DNA from: Nemertoderma westbladi
Lineage: Eukaryota; Animalia; Xenacoelomorpha
Direction of reading: 5' to 3'
Assembly: GCA_032718475.1 (NCBI GenBank)
Contig: JAUCBJ010003279.1
Coordinates: 1-49,222, forward strand
Length of the DNA stretch: 49,222 bases
Shown: in pieces, positions 24,682-36,999 of the stretch
Numbering within the stretch: the first letter of the stretch is position 1
Layout of the letters: each line of letters opens with the position of its first letter
The notes under the pieces: generated by a model
Told to the model about the DNA's origin: nothing
Database searches by the model: none
Seen by the model: only the letters and a program-made list of their open reading frames with translations
Translations under genes and position numbers: made by a program

Positions 24682-25585
24682 AATCCCCCCCACGAAAGGA
24701 AACCACTCGTCCCGAGTGGTTTGATAAAAATATTTTGCAGAACCGAATCTAAATAAAAACAGCACAATAATAATGTAAAAATACCTACAAAATATATGAA
24801 TATAGAATTAGTTAAAATCCAACGCACTTGGTACACTTTATTCATTTATGTACAGGAAATGTGAATTCCCATTCCAACTACCAGTTGCCAATACCAACTG
24901 CAATATGTACTAAGTAGATATTAATTTCAGCTACAGTAGCTTAGCCAATAGGCAATTAAATTTACTGAATATGACAGTCATTAGACAACAATTAATACAT
25001 GCAATGCAGAATGATAGCCAATAGGCAAATGTTATTTAATAAAAAAGTTAATAACCAATAGGCTAATAATATACAACAGACCTTCAAGACCTCCCTTGGC
25101 GCCCAATGCAAACAAAATAGCCAATTGGCGAGTTTTCTATGAAATAAACAGAAACAAAATAAGTCTCTACAGAATGAATAAACATATCAATAAACTTATG
25201 GTATCCAAAAATAAAATACATTCTGTACATTTATTCAAATGTAAAACAACACCACATTTACTACCAAATGAGATTAAAGGATTCGGTTCCGCTAAATAGT
25301 TATTTTTCTGCGACAACAAAGAGGGTGAAATGGGAACAGCAAAAATGTATAGTTTAATTTACATTCATAAAACAAAACACTAAATATGTCTAATCTAAAT
25401 AGTAACAAGTATACATACCAATAATAATATACTGACCGTGCAATAATAACCTACAAAATGTTTAGTAGGATCTAAACTGCATACGGTAGTGCATATTGCA
25501 TAGTTTGTTGGTTTATGTAAATATCATCAGTCACTGTTCTACTGTATATACTTATACTGTACCTTACTGTATGTACTACTGTACA

Positions 25586-28500
25586 CTAAGGTGTGTCGAC
25601 ATCACTTTGTCCATTGGACATAGAAGGGTTATTACTTTCACAAGCGGATGAACGCACTTGATATAACTTTAAATCTTTCGCGTTCACTACCAACACTGGA
25701 GTTCGTGGTGTAACTCGTTTCCGTACAGGACGTAATTCATATGAAAACTGCGAACGCTTACGGAGCACTACATAGGGTCCGGTAAAACGGAACCGCAACT
25801 TAGTATTCTTGCGCTTAACGCGTCGATCAAAATACAATACTTTATCGCCTGTCACAAATGATTGCAAATTTTGTTTCACTTTACGATCGTGGAGGCGTTT
25901 TTGTTTATTCTGTGCTTTACTTAGTTGTTCTCTAACTAACTTGTGGGCATTTTGTAAGTTCTTACGTAATTCGTCAGGGTATGTCGCTGTGTCAGCCAAC
26001 AAACTATAAGGCCGCTCAATACGAGTATCTATTGGTAGACGAGCCTCCCTACCAAACATCAACGTAAATGGTGCCATCCCTATACTAGAATGTACGCTAG
26101 TGTTATAATTAAATTGTACTAGGGGAAGCATTTCCTCCCAGTTGTCATGGTTACGAACTGTCAGTGCTAACATATTACACATGGATTGGTTGACCCTTTC
26201 AGTAAGACCATTGCATTGTGGGTGGTACGCTGAAGTTAACACACGAACAATGCCAAATATTTTTTCCAGTTCCGAGAAAAGTGACGAAGTAAAACTTGGA
26301 CCTCTATCCGATAAAATAATCTCAGCTGCACCGTATACACAAAATATTTTATTTACCAATTCCCGGGCTAAAGTTTCAGCTTGTTCGTCAGGGACAGGTA
26401 ATAGTTCAACATATCGGGTTAAATGTTCTGTAATAGTGAACACAAGTTTATTACCAGTTGGACTAGTGGGAAACCCTTTCACGATATCAATAGATAATCT
26501 TTCCATAACTCGGGTGGGGGCTGGTAAACTAGTTAATGGTTGAATATTAGTAGATCCTTTACGTCGTTGACAAGGATCACAACTATGTATGTACCGCGCT
26601 ACATCATCCCGGAGATTTACCCAATAAAATTTTACTTTAATGTCATTCAACGTTTTATTAATTCCTAAGTGTGACCTGAGGTCATGGAACTGAAGTAGTA
26701 CCTGTCTACGTAGTAACTTAGGTACTACTACTTGTATTGTCTTATTTGTCTTACAATCCGAGACGTGACATAGAATACCATCTACTAATACATATTGTGT
26801 ATGTAACTTTACCATATTCTTACACTCAGAGAGCTTACGATTAAATTCTGGTTTATTTCCCGTTTGTAAATATTCTACCATCACCTTAATATTTGAATCT
26901 TCCAACTGCAGTTTACGTAGTCTGGACAAACTACAAAACTCCACATTGCTAGGTAACGCAGGTAAGGAAGACTGAACGTCTGCGAAACTATCTACATGTA
27001 TTGAGGTGTCTGGAGCACGGAAAGATGAACATCCATCATCGTCATTTGCTACTGAACTCTGTTTATCCTGGTAGTCATGGTTACAAACCTTCGAATCCGT
27101 TCCATTGCAACTAAATAAGTCTGCAAGACCTTGTAGTTCATCGGTATCTACACTCACTACATTAGATTGGTTATTCATCAAATTGTCTGTCTCTCCAGTC
27201 ACGTCTGTAGAGTCTACAGGGTTTATTACAGGAACATTAATTAAACAAAATGGTTCAACATCGAGTTCGTTACTGTGATTGTTTACAGTGTTAGTCGTAT
27301 TTAGAGGATGTTCTACTTTTATTCGGGATAAGCAATCAGCCCTGTTAAACTTTCCGGGCTTATAAATAAAAGTATAATCGTATTCTGACAGTTTCAGTGC
27401 CCACCTTTGGAGACGACCCGTAATATGGCGATTGACACCAACCCAAGACAAGCATCGCAGGGGGTTATGATCTGAAATCACTTTAAAATGCCGACCCAAT
27501 AAATAAAAACGAAACTTAGCTACGGCCCAAACTACTGCTAATCCCTCTAATTCCGTAATCGACCACTTAGCTTCAGCACAAGTCAGGGAACGCGAAGCAT
27601 AAGCTATAACCTTATCGTCTTGGCAAAGTATCGCGCCAAGTCCAGATCCACTGGCATCAGTTTCTAAGGTAAACTCTCGTTCAAAGTCAGGGTGGGATAA
27701 AATTGGCGATGAAACGAGTCGATTCTTGAGTTCTAGAAAAGCTTGTTCACAATCTGAATTCCAGTAAAACGGCACTCCTACTTTAGTTAGGCCATACAAT
27801 GGTTGTACTAATTTGCCATAATCTCTCACAAACTTCCTGTAGTATCCACACAGGCCCAGAAAACTCTGTAAGTCCTTCACACAAGTAGGTCTGGGGAAAT
27901 CGACCATCGTACTTATTTTCTTAGGGTCAGTATGTATACCATCTCGATCAATAATGTGTCCTAGGAAGTGTATTGAACTCGCTCCAAAACAACATTTAGA
28001 TGGTTTCAATTTGAGACCTAACTCACTTATACGCCGTAGTACTATATCTATGAGTTCTATGTGCTGTTCCCACGTTCTAGAATACAATATCAGGTCATCC
28101 ATGTACACTAAAGCACATTCTATCCCTTCTAATCCTAGTTGCATTAATCTCTGACACGTACTGGGTGATGACTGAAGCCCAAACGGCATTCTACGAAACT
28201 CAAAGTTTCCCCACTGAGTATGAAAGGCGGTCTTCGCATAATCCTCCGGATTAATCTCTACTTGCCAAAACATGGATTTAAAATCCAAAGCACTGAAATA
28301 TTCTGGTCTGGCAGCACCAACTTCTGCTAACATGTAATCAATATTAGGTAATGGCCAAAATTGAGGAACCGCTACTGAATTAAGTCCCCTATAGTCTATA
28401 GCTAAGCGCCATGGCTTATTAGGTGCCTTAACAATAATAAGAGGAGAAGACCATTCACTGGTACTCGGCTGTATAACTCCCACACGTTGTAAATTACTTA

Positions 28501-31093
28501 ACCGTTCTCTCAGTTCTGGACGTATGGCTACGGGTATTGGATAAGGCTTTACATGTATCGGTTTAGCATCAGGTTTCAAAGGTATAGAATGTTGTAACAG
28601 TGTAGTCCGTCCTATGTCATAATCATTGTAAGAAAATGAATGGGGATTCTGTCCAACAATGTCCAATACATCAGCTTGTTTATCAGAGTCTAAATGGTCT
28701 AATTTTAATTCTTCACGTAAAAATATCTGTTTACCATTGACATCATTAACTACACTATCTGTACTGATAGCCCTACTTTCTAAAGTACGCAAGGTATAAT
28801 TAGTGACGTCACAGTATGATGCTACCTTCTGGTTCTTAAAAACAGTAACTGGTGAATTGTTTGGGTTTAAAACTTGTAATGTAACACGTTCTCTATCAAT
28901 TGGATCTATAATACAACGTGCTAGTAGGGTTTGAGTATTCGACTGATACAGAGGTTCAATATAAACTGGGCCTGCTGGGAAGCTACAATTACTTCCCTTT
29001 CCCTTCAAACAACCTGTAATATATGCCTGTGAATCTGGTGGTATAGTAACCCTCTTTTCTGACATAATTATACGGCGAGTATAGTGTTCTGTGGTTGAGT
29101 TAGATATAACCTGAGTCGGTGGACTACAAAAATAAACACACTCGTTATTCCGTAAAATCATACATTGCTTTACTAAATCAAACGAGGTACAGGCTTGGTA
29201 GATAAAATCTTTACCAAAAATAATTTCAGAACCATCAATTTTCTGTAAGTCGCCAATATACACTAATATGTCTACTTTAAAGTCTGACGTAATAACAATC
29301 GGTAGATGCACTTCACCTAATACTGGCATTAACCCTCCTACACCCTTAATAGATGGTATACTACTGGCTCCCAGTTCACAATCCTTTGGTAATTTACGTA
29401 TATCCATTATAGTAAAATCTGAACCGCTATCTACCAAACCAACCATCTTTGTACGTCCTATATGTATAGGTATGTACCAATCGCGATTCGTATGAGTTGT
29501 ATACCGTATGTGATTATTTTCAAAACTCGAAGCCGGTGTACCAGCATCCGTACTAAACCTACTGGGCGGTGGAGTAGGGTGTGGCACATATTGGGATGGC
29601 TGACACATATTGCTACCAGTACTAAGTGGGGAAGGTCTCGGTCTGTATGGATAAGTACGTCTCACATCGTCACTCGATCTATTAAATCGGGATGTTTGAG
29701 ATCTTGGGCAATGGGTACTGTAATGTCCAGACTCGTTACAATTAAAACAAACAATATCTCTCCGTGGCTGAACATTACGGGAAGCAAACGGCTGGGGACA
29801 TTGGGTACTGTAATGGCCAAATTCATTGCAGTTAAAACATGTTACATTCCTACGGGGTGTCATATTATTACTTCCCTGAAAATGTTCACTTTGAATAATT
29901 GACCTACTTGGCTCAGTCAAATAAGGGCTATCTACAGGTCTACCACTACTGTAGGCTAATGTATCACTACTCCTATCAGAATGGTTTGGACCAGAATCTG
30001 TTCTACTCTTATTCCATGCAGTAAACGGACGTACAGGAGCTGGCTGGCACTGCATACCGGAAATTTGTTTCCGTAATTCTTGTATCTCACTTTCTAATTT
30101 ATTTATTTTTGGATCAACGGTAACCGGTCTACTCGGTACAGTAGAATTTCTATTAAAACTCGCCGTATTGTTTACATATCCATGTACACCACTTTCCGGC
30201 AAAAAGGTATGCTTTGGCCTATTAGAATCAATACCGGTATTTCGATCAATACGTCCAGCTTGATCCCCGTAATTTAAATGGTTCGCCTCCGCTAAATAAA
30301 TTTCTTCATTACGCGCCATACGTACAGCCTCGTCAAACGATTGCGGATGGCTGTTTCTAATCCTAAAAGCCAAATCAGAGGGTATGCCTCTGTAAAAAAC
30401 TGTAAGTAATAACCGATCTCGTTGCGCACCATTCATATCTACCCAAGCTTGCTGTCCCCATTTCTGGAGTTTATCTACATACTCCTCTATAGTTTCATTT
30501 ATTCCAAGCCTACAATCTAACAGCTTACTACATATAACATCGGGGGGTAAAGGCCTAAATCTAGCTCGCAGAGCGGCTACTACGCTATCAAAATCGACTT
30601 GTTGTTCAGTAGGTAATTCTTCTATTACGCGAGCCGCGGTACCTGACACATAAACGGAAGCAACCCTTCCCATCATCACGTAATTCCATCTTCGAAGACG
30701 TCCCAATCGCTGTAATGCACTAACCCAGGAATCAACATCTCCACGCCCGTCGAATATTTCCGGTTCCTTCCTGATATCCGCCATTAACGGTGCGTCGCGT
30801 TCAAGCTGTATACAGGTATCGGTACCTTGCTGCTCTCTATTAGGATGTATGTAACGGTCCCCTTCTCCTGGTACCGGTACTGCAGGAAACCGATTCCTAC
30901 CGTGAGACTGCGTTTCAGAATATCTAGGACGGTCGCAACCGGAACCAGGAACGACAACCGCCGGACTATTTAAGTTTATGTCCGTCCAACTTGATTCTTC
31001 TCTCGGACCGACGGCTATTTGCGTTTGGTCAGACCCTCCGCATCTACTACCGGTACTATCGCTATCGTTCTCGAATCCAAAAACGTCTGTCAT
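25586..31093 (-). CDS. Gypsy gag-pol polyprotein (single ORF, 1835 aa)
   Basis: Two CCHC knuckles (CFNCNEFGHYSTQC, CFNCNESGHYSTHC), protease LVDSGS, RT YMDD, RNase H ETDAS/ELE/SDH, integrase HHCC plus D-D-E (SIDI, SDRG, TER) and GPY motif. Confidence 0.97.
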   Translation of the reverse strand: MTDVFGFENDSDSTGSRCGGSDQTQIAVGPREESSWTDINLNSPAVVVPGSGCDRPRYSETQSHGRNRFPAVPVPGEGDRYIHPNREQQGTDTCIQLERDAPLMADIRKEPEIFDGRGDVDSWVSALQRLGRLRRWNYVMMGRVASVYVSGTAARVIEELPTEQQVDFDSVVAALRARFRPLPPDVICSKLLDCRLGINETIEEYVDKLQKWGQQAWVDMNGAQRDRLLLTVFYRGIPSDLAFRIRNSHPQSFDEAVRMARNEEIYLAEANHLNYGDQAGRIDRNTGIDSNRPKHTFLPESGVHGYVNNTASFNRNSTVPSRPVTVDPKINKLESEIQELRKQISGMQCQPAPVRPFTAWNKSRTDSGPNHSDRSSDTLAYSSGRPVDSPYLTEPSRSIIQSEHFQGSNNMTPRRNVTCFNCNEFGHYSTQCPQPFASRNVQPRRDIVCFNCNESGHYSTHCPRSQTSRFNRSSDDVRRTYPYRPRPSPLSTGSNMCQPSQYVPHPTPPPSRFSTDAGTPASSFENNHIRYTTHTNRDWYIPIHIGRTKMVGLVDSGSDFTIMDIRKLPKDCELGASSIPSIKGVGGLMPVLGEVHLPIVITSDFKVDILVYIGDLQKIDGSEIIFGKDFIYQACTSFDLVKQCMILRNNECVYFCSPPTQVISNSTTEHYTRRIIMSEKRVTIPPDSQAYITGCLKGKGSNCSFPAGPVYIEPLYQSNTQTLLARCIIDPIDRERVTLQVLNPNNSPVTVFKNQKVASYCDVTNYTLRTLESRAISTDSVVNDVNGKQIFLREELKLDHLDSDKQADVLDIVGQNPHSFSYNDYDIGRTTLLQHSIPLKPDAKPIHVKPYPIPVAIRPELRERLSNLQRVGVIQPSTSEWSSPLIIVKAPNKPWRLAIDYRGLNSVAVPQFWPLPNIDYMLAEVGAARPEYFSALDFKSMFWQVEINPEDYAKTAFHTQWGNFEFRRMPFGLQSSPSTCQRLMQLGLEGIECALVYMDDLILYSRTWEQHIELIDIVLRRISELGLKLKPSKCCFGASSIHFLGHIIDRDGIHTDPKKISTMVDFPRPTCVKDLQSFLGLCGYYRKFVRDYGKLVQPLYGLTKVGVPFYWNSDCEQAFLELKNRLVSSPILSHPDFEREFTLETDASGSGLGAILCQDDKVIAYASRSLTCAEAKWSITELEGLAVVWAVAKFRFYLLGRHFKVISDHNPLRCLSWVGVNRHITGRLQRWALKLSEYDYTFIYKPGKFNRADCLSRIKVEHPLNTTNTVNNHSNELDVEPFCLINVPVINPVDSTDVTGETDNLMNNQSNVVSVDTDELQGLADLFSCNGTDSKVCNHDYQDKQSSVANDDDGCSSFRAPDTSIHVDSFADVQSSLPALPSNVEFCSLSRLRKLQLEDSNIKVMVEYLQTGNKPEFNRKLSECKNMVKLHTQYVLVDGILCHVSDCKTNKTIQVVVPKLLRRQVLLQFHDLRSHLGINKTLNDIKVKFYWVNLRDDVARYIHSCDPCQRRKGSTNIQPLTSLPAPTRVMERLSIDIVKGFPTSPTGNKLVFTITEHLTRYVELLPVPDEQAETLARELVNKIFCVYGAAEIILSDRGPSFTSSLFSELEKIFGIVRVLTSAYHPQCNGLTERVNQSMCNMLALTVRNHDNWEEMLPLVQFNYNTSVHSSIGMAPFTLMFGREARLPIDTRIERPYSLLADTATYPDELRKNLQNAHKLVREQLSKAQNKQKRLHDRKVKQNLQSFVTGDKVLYFDRRVKRKNTKLRFRFTGPYVVLRKRSQFSYELRPVRKRVTPRTPVLVVNAKDLKLYQVRSSACESNNPSMSNGQSDVDTP

Positions 31094-31264
31094 ACCCTGA
31101 CTCGCTGATTGTCTGAATGCTTGATATTACCGGTACCTACCGGTACAAGTCCAAAGTCAGCCAGTTTACCGATAACCAACAATCGATTATCTACGCCCAA
31201 CGGTCTGACGGTACAAGTAACAAGTCTATATCCAGCAGCAGCAACCAGGAAGAAAAAAAAATCC

Positions 31265-31281
31265 TCCCGGACAGGCCCCCA
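31265..31281 (-). other. Primer-binding site, tRNA-Pro-like
   Basis: TGGGGGCCTGTCCGGGA, 2 nt after the 5' LTR; the recalled tRNA-Pro PBS is TGGGGGCTCGTCCGGGA. Confidence 0.75.
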
Positions 31282-31283
31282 AA

Positions 31284-31775
31284 TGTGAAAGCTGGATAAC
31301 AGGATAAGGTCAAACCCGGGTTCCGTGGCAATCTACCACTTAGTTTTTCTGGTTTCCCTGAAGAAAATCTGCCGTTAACTGGCAGGCTGGCTAAAACGAT
31401 TAGTTTGTTAGTTCATGACATCAGAACATAATACTGCAGATAAATCTAATCAAAACAGATAAACCAAAATACATCTGTACATAGGCCTACGTCAGACAGT
31501 CAGATGTCAGACATCCAAAAAGAAACACGAATCTAAACTACTACTGTAGGTACTGTATTGTACTGACCATATCTTGATATATTACTTACTTACCGGTATT
31601 ATCCTACCTATCTATCCCTCTTTGTTATCCTCCAATCAGCGGTCAGGATTATTCTAGCGCAATTTTGTTGTTTCCTGTAAACTTCCCTAGATGGCGTTAT
31701 ATTATTTATAACGTTTTTTGTAATTTGATATTTTTGTGTTTCATATTTTGTATGTCCTTGCTGCTGATCACCACA
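31284..31775 (-). repeat. 5' LTR
   Basis: Direct repeat of 24190-24681; followed by the PBS on the minus strand. Confidence 0.95.
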
Positions 31776-33754
31776 CATACATAAAAAGTCATTAAAAGGA
31801 CAACAAAAGTCATTATGCACAATTCGTAAAAAAAGGAGGACAAAAAAGTCAAATAAAAGGACATAAAAAATCACTGCCATTAATTATTAGCTTTTGTCGG
31901 TGGTAGGCAAACTGTTGTCGTGCTCGTGGCAGCGTGGTATACTTCCACGGTTTCCGTTCCTGCACTCTGACCTGACATAGGCCTACAGTAAGCAGTACAG
32001 TCAGACAGTACGATACATTGGATGCAATGCCGGAATTTATTTATTACTTTACATATATAGCTATAACCAGATAACTGCAACTGCACAATTGTGTGTAGTA
32101 ATTGTTACCGGTACCTGTATTTACCTACATGACAGCATGATGTGAACATGAAGGAAGTGAAACAACGGAAGCACCTCTCTCTCTTAGAAGAGCAGAACTG
32201 CTCTTGAATGTTACCCGAAAAGAAGGGATGCGTAACACTAACTCCCAAGGACTGAAGGATGACTTCATAACTATTCAACCCTTTCTTTATCCCCTATCCT
32301 ATAATAACTGTAACAAAGACAGAAAGACTAAATCTTGCATCTTGTGCAAGAGCATCTTTAACTCTACCAATAATAGGCAATAGGCAGATAGGCCAATCTA
32401 AATGATTATTGGAATACCGGTACTGGCTTCTCATTCAGTCATTGGTCAATTGGATGCAACTCACAGACTCAGCAACTGAATGCTACATCACATGATTCTA
32501 AATATATGCCTAATACAGTAATATGGTAATATGTTAGGCCCTAGTTGTTAGGAGAGAGCTTATATTACAACAGGATTACATCTGCTTCATCACACACTGT
32601 TGTTCATGGTTTCATATTTGTTATTTTATGCTACTACGTACGCCAGTACGCTTATTTGTTGTAATTACATAGGCCCCCTAACCTGCTAACTGCCTAACGT
32701 TTTTATCATTTTATTGCATCATAAATTACAATAATTTTAAATTACTTACCGTCATACTGTATAGGCCTATTTAGTAAAGGTTTCGAAATGAGTATTCCGA
32801 TCCGATGCTAGGTTACCTATCTGCCTATTAGTGCTCCCGGAAGGGAACCTTGGTGATTTTCTCCCTTTAATTTTAATATTTTAATCTGTGTTTTTCCGAT
32901 TTAAATTTTAATATTAATTGTGAAATAAATAAATAAAAAAACATATCTGTCCATCTGTCGGTTATTGTATGTTATCCTGTACATTATCTGATTATACTGT
33001 TATCTGGTTATACAGGCTGACAGGTGTGTTATTGTATTAGGCCTATACCATATACCTGTATGTATACTATACAGCTATATGCAGATATTGTACCGGTATT
33101 GTGTATTGTATTGTATTGTTCTGTGTCTGTACAGATTACCGGTATGACAGTGTTTGCGATTTTACCTGTCGGTTTGTTGTGTCTTTTGTTGTCGGTTGTA
33201 TGGTATGCGAAAGATGTCCAGGCTGCCAGGTGACGGAGGCTTATTTAGTCAAACCCCAAATTATGTCCACAGAAAAAGAACCACCAGATTATGTCATTGG
33301 CTGGTTGAAGTTGGAGTGTTTATTGATTGACAGTTAGACAGTAATGACCTAACGCTACAGGACCTAATGCGGCAGGACCTAAAGCTACAGACACTGACAG
33401 GATCTAATGTACCGTTATACCGATTTGGACCTAACGCTACATTACCTCATCACAGAACTGATGTACAACCTGCAATCTGGGGAGATGGCGTACTATTGAA
33501 AAGTTTTATATGTTTTAAAGGCCTAAGCCTATACCAGTTACCGGTACTGGTACATATGCCTATACCTGCCTAATATCAGATTATCACGTTTTGTACATGT
33601 TAAATTTGCAAGTGCTGCTCCTGTCGGTATTGGTGGGGCGGTAGCCGGAAGGCATACATGCCATTTGATAATATACATTACGTATTAAACTTATATCGTT
33701 ATGTAAACAGGTAAAGATCTAAACCTAATCGACCATTACACATTACATCCTATC

Positions 33755-34155
33755 TAGGGCTCGACTGAATATTCGGATCCCGATTCGTCAAAATATGGTA
33801 TAGGCCTATTCGGATCCGGCATAATATTTGCCGAATTTGTATTTGTTGTTTATCAGTGTATTTCAATGGAAAATTTTCCAAGTAACACAACTCAGCAACT
33901 GCTAGAAATGATATTTTTTAGATAAAATTTTTAATTATACTTTTTGTTACTGACAGGGCAGCAAGGTGATTGAATCTTAAAAAGTGTGAGAGGTTTTTGG
34001 TAGACTGGTAGAGTTTCGTTTGAGTTTGATAAATTGACAGATTGAGGTCCAAAATACAAAAATCAACATCCGTTTCGGATTCGGTTCCGGTAATTTTCTA
34101 AACATTCTGACATTCGCTTCGGATCCGGCAAGATTTCATATTCGGTCGAGTCCTA
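33755..34155. mobile_element. hAT-type MITE
   Basis: TIR tagggctcgactgaatat / atattcggtcgagtccta; 8-bp TSD atcctatc / atcctacc; subterminal ttcggatcc motifs. Confidence 0.85.
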
Positions 34156-34163
34156 ATCCTACC

Positions 34164-34385
34164 CCAGACTATTTTAATATCCCAGACGTCCAACGCAATC
34201 ATGACATGACCATAGTCCGGATAAAATTCCGAAGCAATGGCCACGCCCAGGTTCCACACAGCACAGAACATCTTCTTTAACAGGGTCGTCAACATCTGGA
34301 ACACACTCTAATGCACTCACCAGTGACACTGTAGAATGTAGAAACATCATCGCTGAGCGTTTTTAAACAATCTTTAGACTCTGCT
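34164..34385 (+). mobile_element. CR1/L2-like LINE 3' remnant
   Basis: Reads IFFNRVVNIWNTL, matching the FFxNRVVNxWNxL end of CR1-type ORF2; degenerate. Confidence 0.6.
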
Positions 34386-34727
34386 TCCTTATTGAGACAT
34401 CTGAAATGTTTTAGAATTCGAAGTGACTGTCATATACATCATTTTGCCTTCTGAGAAACCAAAGTTATTTTTGCTCCAAACTCGTTTATACCTGTTAACA
34501 ATTAGAAACACCAAACAGAAACTCATATGTTTATTGTTTATCCTCTTTGTATACACTGTTATTTTCATTTACTTCCTATTGGCTATTGTGTGTATTATTG
34601 TTGTACCCGTATTGTCAACTTTTACAGTGATACCATTCATATCCTGATTTATAAATGGTGGGCTCTTGAATATTTTTTGTATTTAGATTTAATAATGAAA
34701 AATAAATATATTATCCTAAAATTGTAA

Positions 34728-34786
34728 CAGCCTAACTCATACAACTGCCTAACTCATACAACTGCCTAATTCATACAACTGCCGAA
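34728..34786 (+). repeat. 17-bp tandem repeat (about 3.3 copies) just upstream of the talin ATG
   Basis: Unit gcctaactcatacaact. Confidence 0.8.
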
Positions 34787-34806
34787 CGTTTATTTATTTT
34801 TGTAAA

Positions 34807-34935
34807 ATGACTCAATTACTTTCACTTAAAGTCGTTGTAGAAGAAGCTGGTCTTTCTAAAACATTGCAGTTTGGCCGGGATACATTGGTAACCGAAGCGT
34901 GTCGAATAGTACGGGATAAAATAGAAGAGGCCAGG
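34807..34935 (+). CDS. TLN: Talin coding exon 1 (FERM F0)
   Basis: MTQLLSLKVVVEEAGLSKTLQFGRDTLVTEACRIVRDKIEEAR then GTaagt; resembles recalled MVALSLKISIGNVVKTMQFEPSTMVYDACRIIRERIPEA. Confidence 0.92.
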
Positions 34936-35666
34936 GTAAGTCTGTTTCCTTTAGTAGGACACGCTATCTCTATACTATATATATATTATATATATGTTTA
35001 ATTGTCTTTAATAATTGTATTTTTTTTATTTGTATCAGGCCCGTATGTTGGCCATTATATATATCTGGGGAGGGGCAGAGGCCAAATCTGGGGGGGGGGG
35101 GGGGGACCCATAACTGGGTTTGGGGGGCATACAGCAAAGTGAGAGTTAATTTAGTACATAAAGTTAAATCAATATTGTTGAAGAGCGTGTGGGGCGAGCC
35201 ACGAAGTTGGCGGACCCTTGTCGAACTGACACTGTTAAGGTAAGGGAGTGGGGAAATAATAGCAAATAGTTGTTGTCGTTACGATTAATCTGATAGGCCT
35301 AGAGTGAAGTGTAATTCAATCACTATCAAAATCTATAAAGGGATGCGGTATGCCAACAAGCTTTCCAGCCCGAATAGTGAGTTACATAGAACAAATACAT
35401 AACGGTAAACCATACAATGGAATTCGGAACCTAGGCTCTTTCGCACTTCCAAATCTCCAGGGCGACATATTTTCCAACTTTATATCGCAGTGCGACATTA
35501 TTTCTCAGTATGTCCCTACGCCATACATTTACTTATGTATTTCCAATATGTCTTCGCGTCATTATTAGGTTATTCTAGAACTCCACACGCGTAACTCCAC
35601 ACAAATAAGTTCGATAGATAGAGAGTAGAACATACTCAGACTCAGTCTGATCTACGCACACATTTA

Positions 35667-36799
35667 CACCATGCCCCGGAATATAGTGTCGTAATTCAGT
35701 GATACGAGGCGAGGACACGACCCACCCACAAGACATAGATAACCTTTAGTAACAGATCTGCCACAACCAAGTAAAACAAACTCCAAAATGCTTATTTAGT
35801 AATTCGGCAATCGAAACCCTGGACAAAAAGTGCCTTAAACCCTAACCCTACCTAGAACCCTCGTTCTAACCCTAATTGGAACCCTGAAATTACATTTGAG
35901 CTATTTTGAGCCCTTTGTGATTGTGTGAAAATTTAAAATTGACATCACCTCCCGACCACTTAGTGGGTGAGCCATAATTTTTATTTTTGCTTTCAATTAG
36001 CTACAAGCGCTTAAAAAAGTGTCTCATTCGATATTGCACCAGTCCCACCGCAGTTATTATTAAACCTTATAGTGAATTGTTGGTACTGATGGAATGCTGG
36101 CTGTGCAAGGATTCCAAATTTGTAAAAATATTTGGTTGAAAAATAGCTGAGATATGGGCATTCGAATGTTGCATGGTTTTGCACCTGCGTCCTGCACAAG
36201 GTGATTTTATTCAATTAAATACACCATATTCTAGAGCATTTTTAAATGTATGAATAATATCTACATAATAGTATGATTAAAGATGTAATGCGTTGTTGTC
36301 CAGCTACACGTCTTGGATAAACAAAATGTTCCAGAATATGAGTTGTAAGTTATATAATTGTTATTTAATTAAATAATATAAGTTGTTCCAGTATATTTAT
36401 AAAATAGTGTATTTATTAAATATAATAAAATAGCCTCGCGCAGATCCCAAACCATAAAACATGCTATTTTTCAACAAAATTCAGATTTCAGATTTGGAAT
36501 CCTTACTTGGCCAGCTTTCCATTGGTACCAACAAAGAGCTATAAGATAGAAGAATAACTGCGGCGGGACTGGTGCAATATCGCATTAGATACTTTTTTAA
36601 AAAGATTGATTTAAAGAAGATTGAAAGCAAAAATAAACATTTTGGCTCACCTACTAAATGGCCGGGAGGTGAAACTCTCTCTGTTTCAAATTTCATACAA
36701 TCTCAATAATATCTGTTGAAATTTTTTTTTTGTATTTTTTTTTGGGGGGTGGTGGGGGTCGTGTCATTGAATTACGACACTATATTCTAGGGCATGGTG
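35667..36799. mobile_element. Non-autonomous TA-TSD (Tc1/mariner-like) element
   Basis: TA|caccatgccccggaatatagtgtcgtaattca ... tgaattacgacactatattctagggcatggtg|TA. Confidence 0.82.
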
Positions 36800-36999
36800 T
36801 ATGTCCAGTATGTCACCGCGTTATTCTAAATCGCAATCACATGTGATTGGACGCAGAAATGAGATTGGTAAGAAAAGAATCGAACCTACAGTCTTTGCTT
36901 ACATTTATAACCCTACGCTAATTTTGTACGAGATAAAAGTTTTGGTAATTAACATGTCATGCTTTCTTTCCTGATACAGGGTTGTAATTATATACCGTA

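Larger units (their letters stand above)
24190..31775 (-). mobile_element. Full-length Ty3/Gypsy LTR retrotransposon
   Basis: 492-bp TG..CA LTRs (24190-24681, 31284-31775) with one mismatch seen; 4-bp TSD cata (24186-24189, 31776-31779); PBS and PPT present; domain order PR-RT-RH-IN. Confidence 0.97.
22243..33256. mobile_element. Diverged inverted termini of a DNA-element family flanking the Gypsy region
   Basis: gggtttgactaaata (22243) vs tatttagtcaaaccc (33242-33256), with about 100 bp of imperfect inverted match (22280-22350 vs 33150-33218). No TSD, so these may be two separate copies. Confidence 0.4.

Noticed and set aside
24682-25585. Possible env gene in the Gypsy 3' region
   Set aside because: No long minus-strand ORF; AT-rich, UTR-like sequence.
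25809-29902. Plus-strand ORFs inside the Gypsy element
   Set aside because: Antisense shadows of gag-pol with no recognisable motifs.
32170-32370. Possible Penelope-like remnant (KSCILCKSI)
   Set aside because: A single CxxC with no supporting motifs is too weak to call.
35836-35876. Telomere-like taaccc motifs
   Set aside because: Only a few degenerate units inside a DNA transposon.
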